Below are positions 1 to 10,500 of a stretch of 64,000 nt of DNA, one piece after another. Position 1 is the stretch's first letter. Each line of letters begins with the position of its first letter. The notes under the pieces were generated by a model. It was given only the letters and a program-made list of their open reading frames with translations, did no database searches and was not told the origin of the DNA. Position numbers and translations under genes: made by a program. Source of the stretch: a bacterium (lineage in GTDB: Bacteria; Zhuqueibacterota; Zhuqueibacteria; Residuimicrobiales; Krinioviventaceae); the NCBI GenBank assembly GCA_963674595.2, contig CAXXFV010000029.1, positions 128,001 through 192,000 on the forward strand, written 5' to 3'.

Positions 1-78
1 GAGCTCATGCGGCAAGAGCGTCTGGTCTAATATTCGAACTTTGCCATCGGCCCATTGTACTGCCATGATCTCATCCAT
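1..78 (-). CDS. mtnA: Methylthioribose-1-phosphate isomerase, N-terminus (runs off window)
   Basis: Manual translation MDEIMAVQWADGKVRILDQTLLPHEL matches the 'ILDQTLLP' start of MtnA; AGGAG RBS upstream; not in ORF track. Confidence 0.8.
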   Translation of the reverse strand, partial: MDEIMAVQWADGKVRILDQTLLPHEL

Positions 79-107
79 ATATAGATTCTCCTTTTATTCA
101 GATAATT

Positions 108-1406
108 TTATAAATATTTTTGCATCAAATTTAAAACTTTTTCACTGGACCCGACGTTTTGCATAACAAAATTTTTGGCCTTGTTTCCCTGTTCGCTGAC
201 ATATTCCGGATTCTTTTTCATTTGCTTCATAAACTGTTCCACAGAACGTTGGTCTTTAATAACAAGGGCAATGTCCTGTTTAACCATTTCATCGGCTTCA
301 GTCTGGTTGGTAAAATTGGGTCCGTAAAGCACACAAGCGCCGTGAGCGGCCGGTTCCAGCACATTGTGAACTCCGACGCCAAAGCCGCCGCCGACATAGG
401 CGATATGCCCAAGGGCGTATAAATTAGCCAGAATGCCGAACGTATCAATAATCAAAACTTTAAACTTCCAGGTATCCGGGGCTCCAAGCTGTGTGTAGCG
501 GGCCGTGGCCATGTTTTTTCCGGCGAAAAAATCCTCAGCCTCTTTGAGGTGATTTTCAGACAGTTCGTGGTGGGCAATGACAACCTTGTATTGGTCGTCG
601 TCCCGTAACAGCTCATAAAGAGGTTCGTAAAACCAGCACAGGTCGGCCGGCCATACATTGCCCAAAACAATTGTTTTATGGCGCGGAAAAAATCCCGGGG
701 TTATCAGGGTATCAATCTTACCCTTTTCCATGGTGCGGTTATAGACCTGGTCGTATTTGGTGTCGCCGGTAACAAGAATATTATCCGGCTCGGGGAAAGC
801 CAGTTTTAACAGGCTTTTATTTTCCGGAGAAACCGTCAGCAGATAATCAAAGGTCGAATATACCATTTTATAAACTTTTTGCAAATATATAAAAGAGCTT
901 TTATGGTTGCCGGAAACACTGGCATTTATCAGAAAAGACGGAATCCCCTGTTTCACCAACCGCCACTGATGATTGGGCCACACATCGTGACGGACCACCA
1001 TGGCAAGGTCGGGTTTAATCAGTGAAATAAACTTTTTTGCCTGAAACCAGGAATCAAAAGGGATATAGGCTTTAAGCATATTCTCGCCTTCGATTTTCGC
1101 ATAATCATACCCGGACGGTGAAAAAAATGTAATAATGATTTGAACATCGGAACGGGACGTTTTTAAAAGCGCCAGCAACGCCCGGATCTGTTCAAACTCT
1201 CCCATGGAAGATACATGGATCCATACCCGTTTCGAATTCGGGTCCCATTTATTTATTCGGAGTTCTAGATTTTTTAAATTGTTTTTGCGACCTTTAATAC
1301 CTTTACGGATTTTTTTATTAAAAAGTCCGGCACAATGGGCGAGTAAGAAAAAGGGCGGAATGATAAAAACATTATACAGGAAAAGAAATAATTTGGACAT
1401 ACTCAT
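108..1406 (-). CDS. waaA: Kdo transferase
   Basis: WIHVSSMGE, TGDTKYD, YVGGGF..GVHNVLEPAA motifs; start approximate. Confidence 0.9.
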   Translation of the reverse strand: MSMSKLFLFLYNVFIIPPFFLLAHCAGLFNKKIRKGIKGRKNNLKNLELRINKWDPNSKRVWIHVSSMGEFEQIRALLALLKTSRSDVQIIITFFSPSGYDYAKIEGENMLKAYIPFDSWFQAKKFISLIKPDLAMVVRHDVWPNHQWRLVKQGIPSFLINASVSGNHKSSFIYLQKVYKMVYSTFDYLLTVSPENKSLLKLAFPEPDNILVTGDTKYDQVYNRTMEKGKIDTLITPGFFPRHKTIVLGNVWPADLCWFYEPLYELLRDDDQYKVVIAHHELSENHLKEAEDFFAGKNMATARYTQLGAPDTWKFKVLIIDTFGILANLYALGHIAYVGGGFGVGVHNVLEPAAHGACVLYGPNFTNQTEADEMVKQDIALVIKDQRSVEQFMKQMKKNPEYVSEQGNKAKNFVMQNVGSSEKVLNLMQKYL

Positions 1407-1438
1407 CACACACAAGATTACCCCTTAAAAATGATAAT

Positions 1439-1951
1439 TTACATGGAATCTCGATAACCCTTTAGGCTAGGGTAATCAGCGCCGATGATTAAAGTAACAT
1501 CAGATGCCGCCTGATCACTACGGATTAATAACACTTTATCGCGCTCAAGACCGACAAAGTCGACAAATTTGTCTATGACTTTTTTATCCTGAATACCGCG
1601 ATCTATAATAACGGTATTTTTATATTTAAAATCAGGTGCGTTTCCCGTGGAAACGACTTTGTAATTTTGTCTTTCGAGAATGGTTTGAAACTCGGAAGCC
1701 AGGTTGCGGATACCGCATCCGTTCAACACTTCAACGGTAATGACCGGTGTTCGCGCTGCGGGCGTATCGGTCCCCTTTATCAGGATTTTTTGCACAAGAG
1801 AAAATATTAAAACAGCATTAATAACAACCAGAAACCAGATAACAACAGACGTTACCTGACTTTTGACAGATTGAAAAGTATTTGTTTTTTTTCGAGCGGG
1901 TTTTCTCGTCGAAACATTTCTTTTGGTTGTTTTAACGGATCGTTTATTCAC
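1439..1951 (-). CDS. Membrane-anchored LytR C-terminal domain protein
   Basis: Basic N-tail, one TM, VEVLNGCGIRNLA and DVTLIIGADY motifs. Confidence 0.85.
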   Translation of the reverse strand: MNKRSVKTTKRNVSTRKPARKKTNTFQSVKSQVTSVVIWFLVVINAVLIFSLVQKILIKGTDTPAARTPVITVEVLNGCGIRNLASEFQTILERQNYKVVSTGNAPDFKYKNTVIIDRGIQDKKVIDKFVDFVGLERDKVLLIRSDQAASDVTLIIGADYPSLKGYRDSM

Positions 1952-2006
1952 TGTTGCAAATTTCTCCTTGGTTTACGCTAAACTAGAACTGGATGCTTTT
2001 TTTCGA

Positions 2007-2480
2007 CTACCAAAATCTGTTACGATTGCTGTAATAATAAGGGTTATATCCGTAGGGATAACGTTTATAACTTATTTCCAGGACCGTGTTTTTTAAAGGT
2101 TCGTACCGTAAACTTGCCCCGGAAACAAACGGACCGTTGTTAAATACGGGTGATTGTTCGTTTTCCGCAAAAGGCTGATGCATCATTCCCCATTGAAAAG
2201 TCAGTGTCAGCGGTGCAGAAAAATCATAAGTCATGGTATTCAAATAAAGTCCCTGTGTTGTGCCCTCTCCGCCGCCGCCGGAAAGATAACTCATGGTATA
2301 ACTTTGAGAAATAGACAAACGGTTCGGATCCAAACCCAATATTCCCATAGTTCTTTTACCAACGCTCATGGGGTATTTGAGGGTTTTGGCTATATCAACA
2401 GGACCTGATTCACTTTTATATTGACCGTATGAGACAAGCGGTATCGTTATAATAAACAGGACCAGAAAAAATCGTCTCAT
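2007..2480 (-). CDS. Exported hypothetical protein
   Basis: Signal peptide, GGAG RBS, fits operon. Confidence 0.75.
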   Translation of the reverse strand: MRRFFLVLFIITIPLVSYGQYKSESGPVDIAKTLKYPMSVGKRTMGILGLDPNRLSISQSYTMSYLSGGGGEGTTQGLYLNTMTYDFSAPLTLTFQWGMMHQPFAENEQSPVFNNGPFVSGASLRYEPLKNTVLEISYKRYPYGYNPYYYSNRNRFW

Positions 2481-2584
2481 ATTACTGCTCCTTTTTTACA
2501 AGTAACGTGACATATAAAAATAATAAAAATTGCTTTAATGTCAACATTATTTTTTTAATAAAATCCGGTTTAATGATTTATTTT

Positions 2585-3442
2585 TTAAATACTATCATTA
2601 ATCTCAATTATAACATTATCCAGCAAACGGGTATTTCCGATAAAAACGGCCAGGGCAATAAGCACCTGTCCCTGAATAACCGGAACTCTTTGCAGTTTAT
2701 GGGTATCAACAATCTCCACATAATCAATTTTACTCAGGGCCGTGCTGTCGATCATTTCCCGCATTTTATCGATAATAACGGAACTGTTTCTTTCTCCGGC
2801 ATCCACCAGGTCTTTGGCCATTTGCAGCGAATGGTGCAGAATTGTCGCTTCGATACGTTCCTGGGGATTGAGATATTTATTACGGGAACTCGTTGCCAGT
2901 CCGTCTTCTTCACGAATGATCGGCGCGATAACAATTTCAATATCAAAATTAAGGTCTTTTGTCATACGCTGAATAACAAAGGCCTGCTGTGCATCTTTTT
3001 GTCCGAATACGGCATAGTGCGGTTTGGTTATGTTGAACAGTTTGCTGACAATGGTTGTTACGCCCTTGAAATGCCAGGGACGCGATTTTCCGCACAGGTC
3101 CAGGGTCAGCTTTTCAACATTTACGAATGATTGATAACCTTCCGGGTACATGTCGTCATCTGTTGGAACAAAAAGAAAATCTGTTCCCGCCTCTTCGGCC
3201 AGTCCCTTGTCGCGTTCCAGGTCTCTGGGGTATTTGTCCAGATCTTCTTTGGGACCGAACTGGGTCGGGTTGACGAATATGGTTGTTATCACAACATCGG
3301 CAAGGTCAGCCGCTTTATAAATCAAACTGAGATGACCGTTATGCAAATAACCCATTGTGGGCACAACAGCAATTTTTTTGCCTTGCAGCCGCAGCGCTTC
3401 GACGGTTTGCTGCATCTCTTTTACGGATTGAATAACTTTCAC
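2585..3442 (-). CDS. panC: Pantoate--beta-alanine ligase
   Basis: VPTMGYLHNGH, FVNPTQF, FGQKDAQQ, SSRN, RLLDN motifs. Confidence 0.97.
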   Translation of the reverse strand: MKVIQSVKEMQQTVEALRLQGKKIAVVPTMGYLHNGHLSLIYKAADLADVVITTIFVNPTQFGPKEDLDKYPRDLERDKGLAEEAGTDFLFVPTDDDMYPEGYQSFVNVEKLTLDLCGKSRPWHFKGVTTIVSKLFNITKPHYAVFGQKDAQQAFVIQRMTKDLNFDIEIVIAPIIREEDGLATSSRNKYLNPQERIEATILHHSLQMAKDLVDAGERNSSVIIDKMREMIDSTALSKIDYVEIVDTHKLQRVPVIQGQVLIALAVFIGNTRLLDNVIIEINDSI

Positions 3443-3450
3443 AGGGCTAC

Positions 3451-4248
3451 CTAATAACTTTCATCCGCGTTTGGAAACGAGCCGTCTTTAACATCCTGAG
3501 AATATTGCTGCAGGGCTTTTTTAACATCAACGGCCAGGTCCATATACTGACGGACGAACTTTGGTTTAAACTCTTCAAACAATCCCAGCATGTCCTGGGT
3601 AACCAGGATTTGTCCGTCACAACCTGCTCCGGCGCCGATACCAATGGTGGGGATGGTCAGTTTCTCTGAAACCTCTTTAGCCAAAGCAGCCGGAATTTTT
3701 TCCAGTACCATGGCAAAGGCCCCGGCTTGCTCAAGACCGATGGCGTCTTTAATGAGCTGTTCGGCAGCATCTGCATTTTTAGCCCGCACACCATAGCCGC
3801 CGAACTGGCGGATAGACTGCGGTGTCAGTCCCAAATGGCCCATAACCGGCATGCCGGCCTGCACTATTTTATGCACGGTTTCCAGTACCGGTTCGCCGCC
3901 TTCCAGTTTTACGGCATCGACCTGCACCTCTTTAAAAAACCGCCCGGCATTGAGCATGGCCTGGTCGGTATTCACCTGGTAGGACAAAAACGGCATGTCC
4001 GCTACAAACAAAGCGTGCGAAACACCTCTGCGCACCGCTTTACAATGGTAAATCGCTTCATCCATTGTCAGGGGCAGGGTGGTTTCGTTACCGTTAAAAA
4101 CCATCGAGCCGGAATCACCAACAAGGATGATATCAAGTCCGGCCTGGTCAAGAAGGGTGGCAAAAAGGAATTCATAGGCCGTAAGGGCGCTGATTTTTTC
4201 ACCATTGTCCTTCATGGTTTGTATATAGGGAACGGTTATTTTTTTCAT
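3451..4248 (-). CDS. panB: 3-methyl-2-oxobutanoate hydroxymethyltransferase
   Basis: LVGDS, DMPFLSY, VKLEGG, GHLGLTPQS, GIGAG..CDGQILV motifs. Confidence 0.97.
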   Translation of the reverse strand: MKKITVPYIQTMKDNGEKISALTAYEFLFATLLDQAGLDIILVGDSGSMVFNGNETTLPLTMDEAIYHCKAVRRGVSHALFVADMPFLSYQVNTDQAMLNAGRFFKEVQVDAVKLEGGEPVLETVHKIVQAGMPVMGHLGLTPQSIRQFGGYGVRAKNADAAEQLIKDAIGLEQAGAFAMVLEKIPAALAKEVSEKLTIPTIGIGAGAGCDGQILVTQDMLGLFEEFKPKFVRQYMDLAVDVKKALQQYSQDVKDGSFPNADESY

Positions 4249-4277
4249 ATTTTGCTTGATTTTTTTATGTAAACGGC

Positions 4278-4310
4278 AAAAAAAATCCGCTTTCGTACAG
4301 AGCGGATTTT
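4278..4310 (-). terminator. Rho-independent terminator
   Basis: AAAATCCGCT...AGCGGATTTT stem with T-run on minus strand just after the 4323 stop. Confidence 0.7.
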
Positions 4311-4322
4311 AAATATTTTAAA

Positions 4323-5258
4323 TTAAAAGCTGCTGTATATTGAGAAACGGTTTAAAGAACCAATTTCTCCGAGTGATGAAAATGAATAGTCGATAAAGAA
4401 CTGTTTCCAGATCAATCCAAATCCGATGGACCCGCCGGCAAACTTGTCCTTGGAGGTGCCAAAGTCCATATTCTGACCAAAGGTATCATAACCGAGTCTT
4501 AAAAAGAAAGATTCCGTCAGTGTAAATTCTCCGCCCACAGCGCCGTTAATATCTTCGCTGTTATACTTGTAAACGTTCACATTCACCATAAGCGGTAAAT
4601 GCGCCAGTTTTTTGGTGGCGCCAAAGCGCATGCCGAAGGGCAAATCATCTTTATCGGTAACAAAGGCCGACGTGACCTGTCCTACATTATAAACGGCAAA
4701 GCCAAAGTTTAAACTTTGAGACGGAATGGTGTATAAAACACCGGCATCCAGGGCGACTGCGTTGGAAGTATAGTTTTCAACGGAATAGTGTATAAATTTA
4801 CCACTTGCACCGACAAACAGATTTTGTTTCAACTCTAACGCATAACTCGCTGCCATTGATACGGCATTGGCGCCGAATTCCGATGTTTCTTCGCCTGTTA
4901 TATCACGTCCGTCAAAGGTGCCATAATCCTTGTACAAAATACCAATTCCGACATTTCCCGGTCCGACATTGGGATTCACAAAGCCGATATAACCGGTGTT
5001 AAAATCCAGCAAATCATTCAAGTAGGTAAAGCTGCCGCTTTTTTTCCGGACCGTGCCAATACCCGCCGGATTATAGTGCAGACTGTTGATGTCGTTATCA
5101 ATAGCAACAAATGCTCCGGCTAATGCGGAAGCACGTGCGCCTACGTGGGTCCGTAAAAACTGAAACCCGACTGTTCCGGCCGGTTCGGCAAAAGCCGACG
5201 TTGCTGTAAGCGAAAAAATTAAAGTGAGAAACGTTGTTTTTAATAAAGATTTTCTCAT
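4323..5258 (-). CDS. PorV/PorQ-family outer membrane protein
   Basis: Signal peptide, FL...GARASALAGA, YNPAG, beta-strand pattern, C-terminal Phe. Confidence 0.85.
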   Translation of the reverse strand: MRKSLLKTTFLTLIFSLTATSAFAEPAGTVGFQFLRTHVGARASALAGAFVAIDNDINSLHYNPAGIGTVRKKSGSFTYLNDLLDFNTGYIGFVNPNVGPGNVGIGILYKDYGTFDGRDITGEETSEFGANAVSMAASYALELKQNLFVGASGKFIHYSVENYTSNAVALDAGVLYTIPSQSLNFGFAVYNVGQVTSAFVTDKDDLPFGMRFGATKKLAHLPLMVNVNVYKYNSEDINGAVGGEFTLTESFFLRLGYDTFGQNMDFGTSKDKFAGGSIGFGLIWKQFFIDYSFSSLGEIGSLNRFSIYSSF

Positions 5259-5283
5259 AAGAGTACCCGTTTAAATAGAAAAG

Positions 5284-5356
5284 AGCCACCTGTCGGAATT
5301 GAACCGACGACCTGCTCATTACGAGTGAGCCGCTCTACCAACTGAGCTAAGGTGGC
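5284..5356 (-). tRNA. tRNA-Thr (anticodon CGT)
   Basis: GCCACCT/AGGTGGC acceptor stem, D arm, GCTCA-CTCGTAA-TGAGC anticodon arm, GGTTCAATTCC T arm; 73 nt, CCA not encoded. Confidence 0.97.
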
Positions 5357-5369
5357 TTTTAAGACGAAT

Positions 5370-5398
5370 AATGTATAAAAATTTCCCTTTAGAATCAA
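5370..5398 (-). promoter_or_regulatory. Putative sigma70 promoter of tRNA-Thr
   Basis: TTGATT-N17-TACATT ending 13 bp upstream of the tRNA. Confidence 0.55.
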
Positions 5399-5440
5399 GA
5401 AAAAAAGTATTCTGCCACCTTGCAATTAACTAACAAAAAA

Positions 5441-5776
5441 CTAATCCGTAATATTCAACTCATTCATTTTAGAGAACACAAATACTCCAAAAAATACCAA
5501 AATCGCTCCGATTAACAAGGCCACAAAGGAAACCATGGCAACCAACGCCAAAACAGCGCTGAGATTGCTTTTTTCCGAATGGTCTATATAATCTTTCAGG
5601 ACGATGTCGTAAAACATTTTTCCTGCAAAAATGACAAACAAAAGGACCCCGAAAACAATCCGGGAAAAATCCATTCGTTTTATCATACTGTTTTTAATGG
5701 GCCAAATAAGCCACAATACAATTCCCCATTTACCGATTTCCCACAATACCGGTTTAATTTTTTTTAATTTTTCCAT
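5441..5776 (-). CDS. Hypothetical membrane protein (3 TM)
   Basis: Hydrophobic segments; ATG overlaps the yraN stop (TGATG). Confidence 0.7.
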   Translation of the reverse strand: MEKLKKIKPVLWEIGKWGIVLWLIWPIKNSMIKRMDFSRIVFGVLLFVIFAGKMFYDIVLKDYIDHSEKSNLSAVLALVAMVSFVALLIGAILVFFGVFVFSKMNELNITD

Positions 5777-6162
5777 CAACCCTCGTCTTCCAGCCAAAAG
5801 GCATTTTGAATATGTTTAGCCGACGTATTATTATTCTTATCCAGTTTGACCGCAACAACATCAAAACGGCAGTCAATGTTTTCCAGATCTTTTTCCTGTA
5901 AATAGCAGGAAGCAACAAGGCCGATCCTATACTGTTTTTTATGATCAACCCAGGTCTCAGGTTCCCCAAAATTTACACTTTTTCCGGTTTTTACTTCAAC
6001 AAAAACCAGCGTATTGCCGTCACGGGCAATGATGTCTATTTCATAACGCTGAGCGCGATAGTTTCGTTCCAGAATTTCATACCCGGAATCGCGCAACAGT
6101 TTCGCTGCCAGGTCTTCGCCAAACCGGCCTGTTTCCGTAGTTTTAGATATTGTCGTTTTCAT
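5776..6162 (-). CDS. yraN: YraN/UPF0102 family nuclease
   Basis: G..GE..A, ERNYR, EIDIIA, LVFVEVK, RFDVVAV motifs. Confidence 0.93.
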   Translation of the reverse strand: MKTTISKTTETGRFGEDLAAKLLRDSGYEILERNYRAQRYEIDIIARDGNTLVFVEVKTGKSVNFGEPETWVDHKKQYRIGLVASCYLQEKDLENIDCRFDVVAVKLDKNNNTSAKHIQNAFWLEDEG

Positions 6163-6766
6163 CAGTCAATGTCATTAAACTTTTGGGATGAAAAGAGCGT
6201 CTGTGAAACGGGCAAAGGCCGTGCTGCCGGATTGCTTCGATATGCTGCTTTGTCGGATAACCTTTGTGTTGGGCAAAATTATACTGGGGAAACTCTTTGT
6301 GATAGTCCAGCATTATATTATCCCGCGTTACTTTGGCTATGATCGATGCAGCGGCCACAGACATACTTTTGGCATCGCCCTTGACAATACACATTTTTGA
6401 TATTTCATTTTGCGGGGAACCGCGTCCGTCTATTAACAGATAATCCGGTTTAATTGCCAGATTTTCAATTGCGCTGTTCATGGCCATATAGGTGGCCTGT
6501 AATATATTATAACGATCGATATCCGGATGGTGTATGATACCAACACCCACGGCCATCGCGCTTTGTTGGATGATATCAAAAGCGGTTTGCCGTTTTTTCC
6601 CGGACAATTTTTTGGAATCGTTTATTTCCGGTAAAAGCACACAATCAACCGGAAAAACAACAGCCGCCGCAACAACAGGTCCGGCCAGCGGACCCCTGCC
6701 GGCTTCATCTACACCGGCCACAACACGACAGCCTTTTTCCCATAACTCTTTTTCAAATTTAAGCAT
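6143..6766 (-). CDS. rnhB: Ribonuclease HII
   Basis: GVDEAGRGPLAGPVVAAAV, DSKKLS, AAASIIAKVTRD, HKGYPT motifs. Confidence 0.97.
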   Translation of the reverse strand: MLKFEKELWEKGCRVVAGVDEAGRGPLAGPVVAAAVVFPVDCVLLPEINDSKKLSGKKRQTAFDIIQQSAMAVGVGIIHHPDIDRYNILQATYMAMNSAIENLAIKPDYLLIDGRGSPQNEISKMCIVKGDAKSMSVAAASIIAKVTRDNIMLDYHKEFPQYNFAQHKGYPTKQHIEAIRQHGLCPFHRRSFHPKSLMTLTDENDNI

Positions 6767-6780
6767 AGTATTGTTTTTTT

Positions 6781-7539
6781 CTAGTCCGGCCGACCCGGAG
6801 GAGACGGAAGCGGAGTAGCAGCCGGTGTTTCGCTCGCTTCATCACCGCTTACGGCCTTGTAAATAACAAAAGCGGTTGTCAGCGCCAAACCACTGCCCCA
6901 TGTCCACCATTTTTTTAATAGCTGGTTTTGGCGTTCTTTTAAATGAACAACCAATGTATCGGTCATACCGGGCCTTACTTCCATAAGACCGGTTTGTGAG
7001 AGATAGCCGTCTTTGGTGATGACCACCTCATAGGGACCCTGAAATAAATTGGAAAAGGTTGCCGGCGAATATTTATTTTTAATTTTACTCTTTTTAGGTT
7101 CTATTAATATAACAGCCGATTGCAGGGGTTCGGTTATAACAACCAGGTTACCCAAAAGTTGTTCCCGCGCATTTATAAATATATCATACAGGTCAGGCGG
7201 AAACTTGTTGGGGTCCAGGGTGTTATCGGGTTTTGCTTTAATGGCATTTTTTAAATGCAACTTGATAAGCTCCTGGTCGGCATTTTGACGTTTCAGAGAA
7301 AAAGCCAGATAAAGATGGGCGGCAAATAAATTTTCATCATTCAGGGTATTGGCTATTATTTTTTCCCGGAAAATTTGTATAGCTTGTTCAAAACGGGCCG
7401 AATAAAACAGATTAATGCCGTCCAGTAAGGAAGCGTCTGTTACGTTTTGCGCCCCAATTGGAACATGATTTAACAAAACAAAGGCAAAAAGAACATATAC
7501 AATTGTTTTTATATATTTTGAGGTTTTAAATTTTATCAT
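6781..7539 (-). CDS. Exported TPR-like + PEGA domain protein with C-terminal hydrophobic segment and Pro-rich tail
   Basis: Signal peptide, helical repeat, G.L.V.T.P..A.V / G.YEVVITKDGY PEGA pattern, KKWWTW hydrophobic segment; ATGA overlap with upstream giant gene. Confidence 0.7.
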   Translation of the reverse strand: MIKFKTSKYIKTIVYVLFAFVLLNHVPIGAQNVTDASLLDGINLFYSARFEQAIQIFREKIIANTLNDENLFAAHLYLAFSLKRQNADQELIKLHLKNAIKAKPDNTLDPNKFPPDLYDIFINAREQLLGNLVVITEPLQSAVILIEPKKSKIKNKYSPATFSNLFQGPYEVVITKDGYLSQTGLMEVRPGMTDTLVVHLKERQNQLLKKWWTWGSGLALTTAFVIYKAVSGDEASETPAATPLPSPPGRPD

Positions 7540-10500
7540 CGCATATAAACCATTTTTCGTGTACAGGTAAACTGGGGCGTTTCAAGTCTTAATATATAAA
7601 TGCCGGTTCCCATTTGCACGCCATAATCGTCTTTGGCGTCCCAGGTGTACTGGTAAAAACCACGGTCCTGGAACCCGGACACCAGCAAACGGACCTGCTG
7701 TGCCAACAGGTTATAAACAGCAACTTTAACATCCGTGTTTTCTTTTAAACGATAACTGATGATGGTGGAACCGTTAAACGGATTCGGATAATTTTGCACA
7801 AGCTCAAATTCATCAACCGTTTGCGGCAGGTCATCCTGCTGTTCCTGGAAAAACTGTTCCGTACCGGCATATATTTTAAAACGCCTCGGCTTGTCATTAT
7901 CAAACAGATTAAAGGAATAGACGGAATCCTGTTTTAAATTGACGGTTAAATTGGCGGCCAAATCATACAAACGAACGTCAAAAGAAGGCGGCAGGGTTTT
8001 CAGAAAATTACTGTACAAATGGGCCTTTTTATTGGTAATGTTGCTGATGACTTCAACGTCCCATACATAACCGTCCTGCACCGGCCTGAAATCGGTGGTA
8101 TAATTCTGTGCATCGGTCTGCCAATCCGAATGCGGGAAATAAAGCGATGCATAATCACCGATAACCGGCGGTTCTATAAAATCATAGGGTGCATCAAAAT
8201 CTTTTGTGGCGGTTTCCGCACAGCCGAAATAGTTGGACGGGTCATCGGCATCACCGATTTTCAGTTCCAGGTTACAATACCAGTCTGCCAGCGGCCAATA
8301 GTCCGGACTTTTTTTCATCAAAGATTGATTTGCTTCAACCGGCGGAATAACCAGGGAAATGTCCTCTTCTTCGGTGTAAAAACTGTAGCCGTTCCAGGGC
8401 TGCATCAAATCCACTTCAACCGGTATCAGCCAGCGTCCTTCATAGGTATAGGGACCGGAAATTTTCTGGGTATCGGCGGAACTGGCCTTGAAAATATCTT
8501 TCCAGGATACGTCAAAATTAAAAGGATTGGCAATATCGTTCCAGCCTTTTTTCAGCAATATAACAAAAGGTTCGGCCGGGTCCATAGATATACCGGGACC
8601 GGTATCCAGGAACCGGTTTTCCAGAGAGGTGATAAACCAATAGGCCTGACCGGGTGTTACCGGATCAATGTCCGGGTATTCGTTGTATACAGCATCTTTA
8701 GTGTTCCACTGGAAAAAACGCCATTTGAGCGGATCATAGGCGCCCATGTCGTCTTCGAGTATGTTTTCCACGGAATTGTTAATAATTTCTATTGGAAAAG
8801 AGATCATGCGAAAGGCGTTTTCAGCCTTGCCGTAAACAAGGCCCTCGGTCCGTTTCAGTCCTTCGGAATTGGCGCCGTCGATTTTAACTGTTGCACTGTA
8901 ATTATCAGGATTGACCGGTTTGCGGCTGTTGTTCAGTCCGTCGGAACAGACAAAGTAATATTCTATACCACGTGAAGTGAGAGAATCCGCAGGGATAAAA
9001 GCGCTAAACACAGCCGGTGCAATGGAATCCATGACAGCAGATGTAAAGGCTGCAGCCCCTCCTTTTTTGAAATAAACTTTGGACGAGACGACCCGGTTTT
9101 GTTCCTGGACCTGTATTTGAACATTAAGGTCCGCATCTTCGGCAACAGCCGCTGTAAATGCGGTGTGCGAAACCTGCGGCGCTGTTGCGTCGAGATGAAT
9201 GGTGACAGAGTCCTGCAAACTGTTGTTACCGGCGCTGTCGGAAATTGTTATGAAAAATTTATAAACACCGTCAGACAGTGAGGCAACCGGAATACGCACG
9301 TCTACGGAATCCATGTCCGAGTCGGTAAGGACCGGCTCTTTATGAATTTCCGGCAGGCTGGCGCTTTCCACAAGAATATCAGCCGGATGTTTGTCATGAT
9401 AAAAGATACGTAAATAAACCTGTTCCATGTTACTTTGGTTATACCAGTCGGTCAGGTAACCGGGGTCCACGGGCCGAATTTCGGAAATAACCGGTTGTGT
9501 GGCATCATATCTCAAGAGTATGCTTGAATAATTTCGATAATCCAGATTACCGCGTCCGTCCTGCAGCCAGATATAAACAGGCTGTCCGTTTTCTTTATCA
9601 GCGGCCAGGGTCATGGTGTTGTAGCCGGTTTCTTCTGTAAACAAAACAGAACCGGTCGTATCGATATTGCTTTCCGGCGGGGTATCATATTTATAAAAGG
9701 CGCGTTTAATGCCGCTTGGGTCGGCCGGTGACTGCCATTCTACAACAAACTGATTATGCGTTTGCCACAGGGTCGGATTTTCACCGTCAACCTGTATGTT
9801 TTCCGGAGAACCGGGCGCCGAGTCATCGACAAACAGGGTGTCCACCCGGGTGGTGGATTCGGCAATGCCTGTAAAAGCTTCCCTATTGCCCACATTGTCC
9901 CAGGCGACGGCTTCAAAATAATAGCTGTGTCCGTGTGCACCGACATAGTTTATGGATGTGCGTGCTTCACGCGGCCCGACCAGCAGGTACCAGGGGCCGT
10001 CATCGATTTTAATGCGCACATCAAACTTGCCGGATAATCCCGAACCGTTTCCGTCAGTCGATTGGCCGCCCCAGGAAATGGCAAACTCTTCAGTGAGCGA
10101 TTTTTCCGGTGAAGAGGCAAAGGTGCTGTCCGGCGGCTGACTGTCGATACACAACTGGGCCGGTTTTACAGCCGAACGTCCGGCGCTGTCGGCCAGGGTG
10201 ATGTTAACCGGGTAACAGGCGTCGGCCAGACCGGTAATGGGCAGATTGACCGAAACCGGACTGCCGGATGAAAAATCCGTGATGGTAATTTTATCGTCCA
10301 AAATTTCAGAACGAATTGTCAATGTATCCGGAAACGCTTCCGAGTATTGCAACAACAACACGGCCTGTGCTACGGAATCCGGGTGTATCCATTTATGATC
10401 AAATTGAGCATTGTTGATAAAAGCCTGTGAAACCACCGGGTCGACGGCATCATAACGCAGGGTCAGTTTTACGGCTGTTTCATGGTCCACATTGCCGTTG

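Noticed and set aside
5284-5356. tRNA-Thr as an integration site
   Set aside because: No duplicated tRNA 3' end or integrase seen in the window
8019-8975. Long antisense ORFs (also 55819-56634, 2507-3130, 49303-49890, 54767-55351)
   Set aside because: They overlap well-supported genes on the opposite strand and have no recognisable motifs
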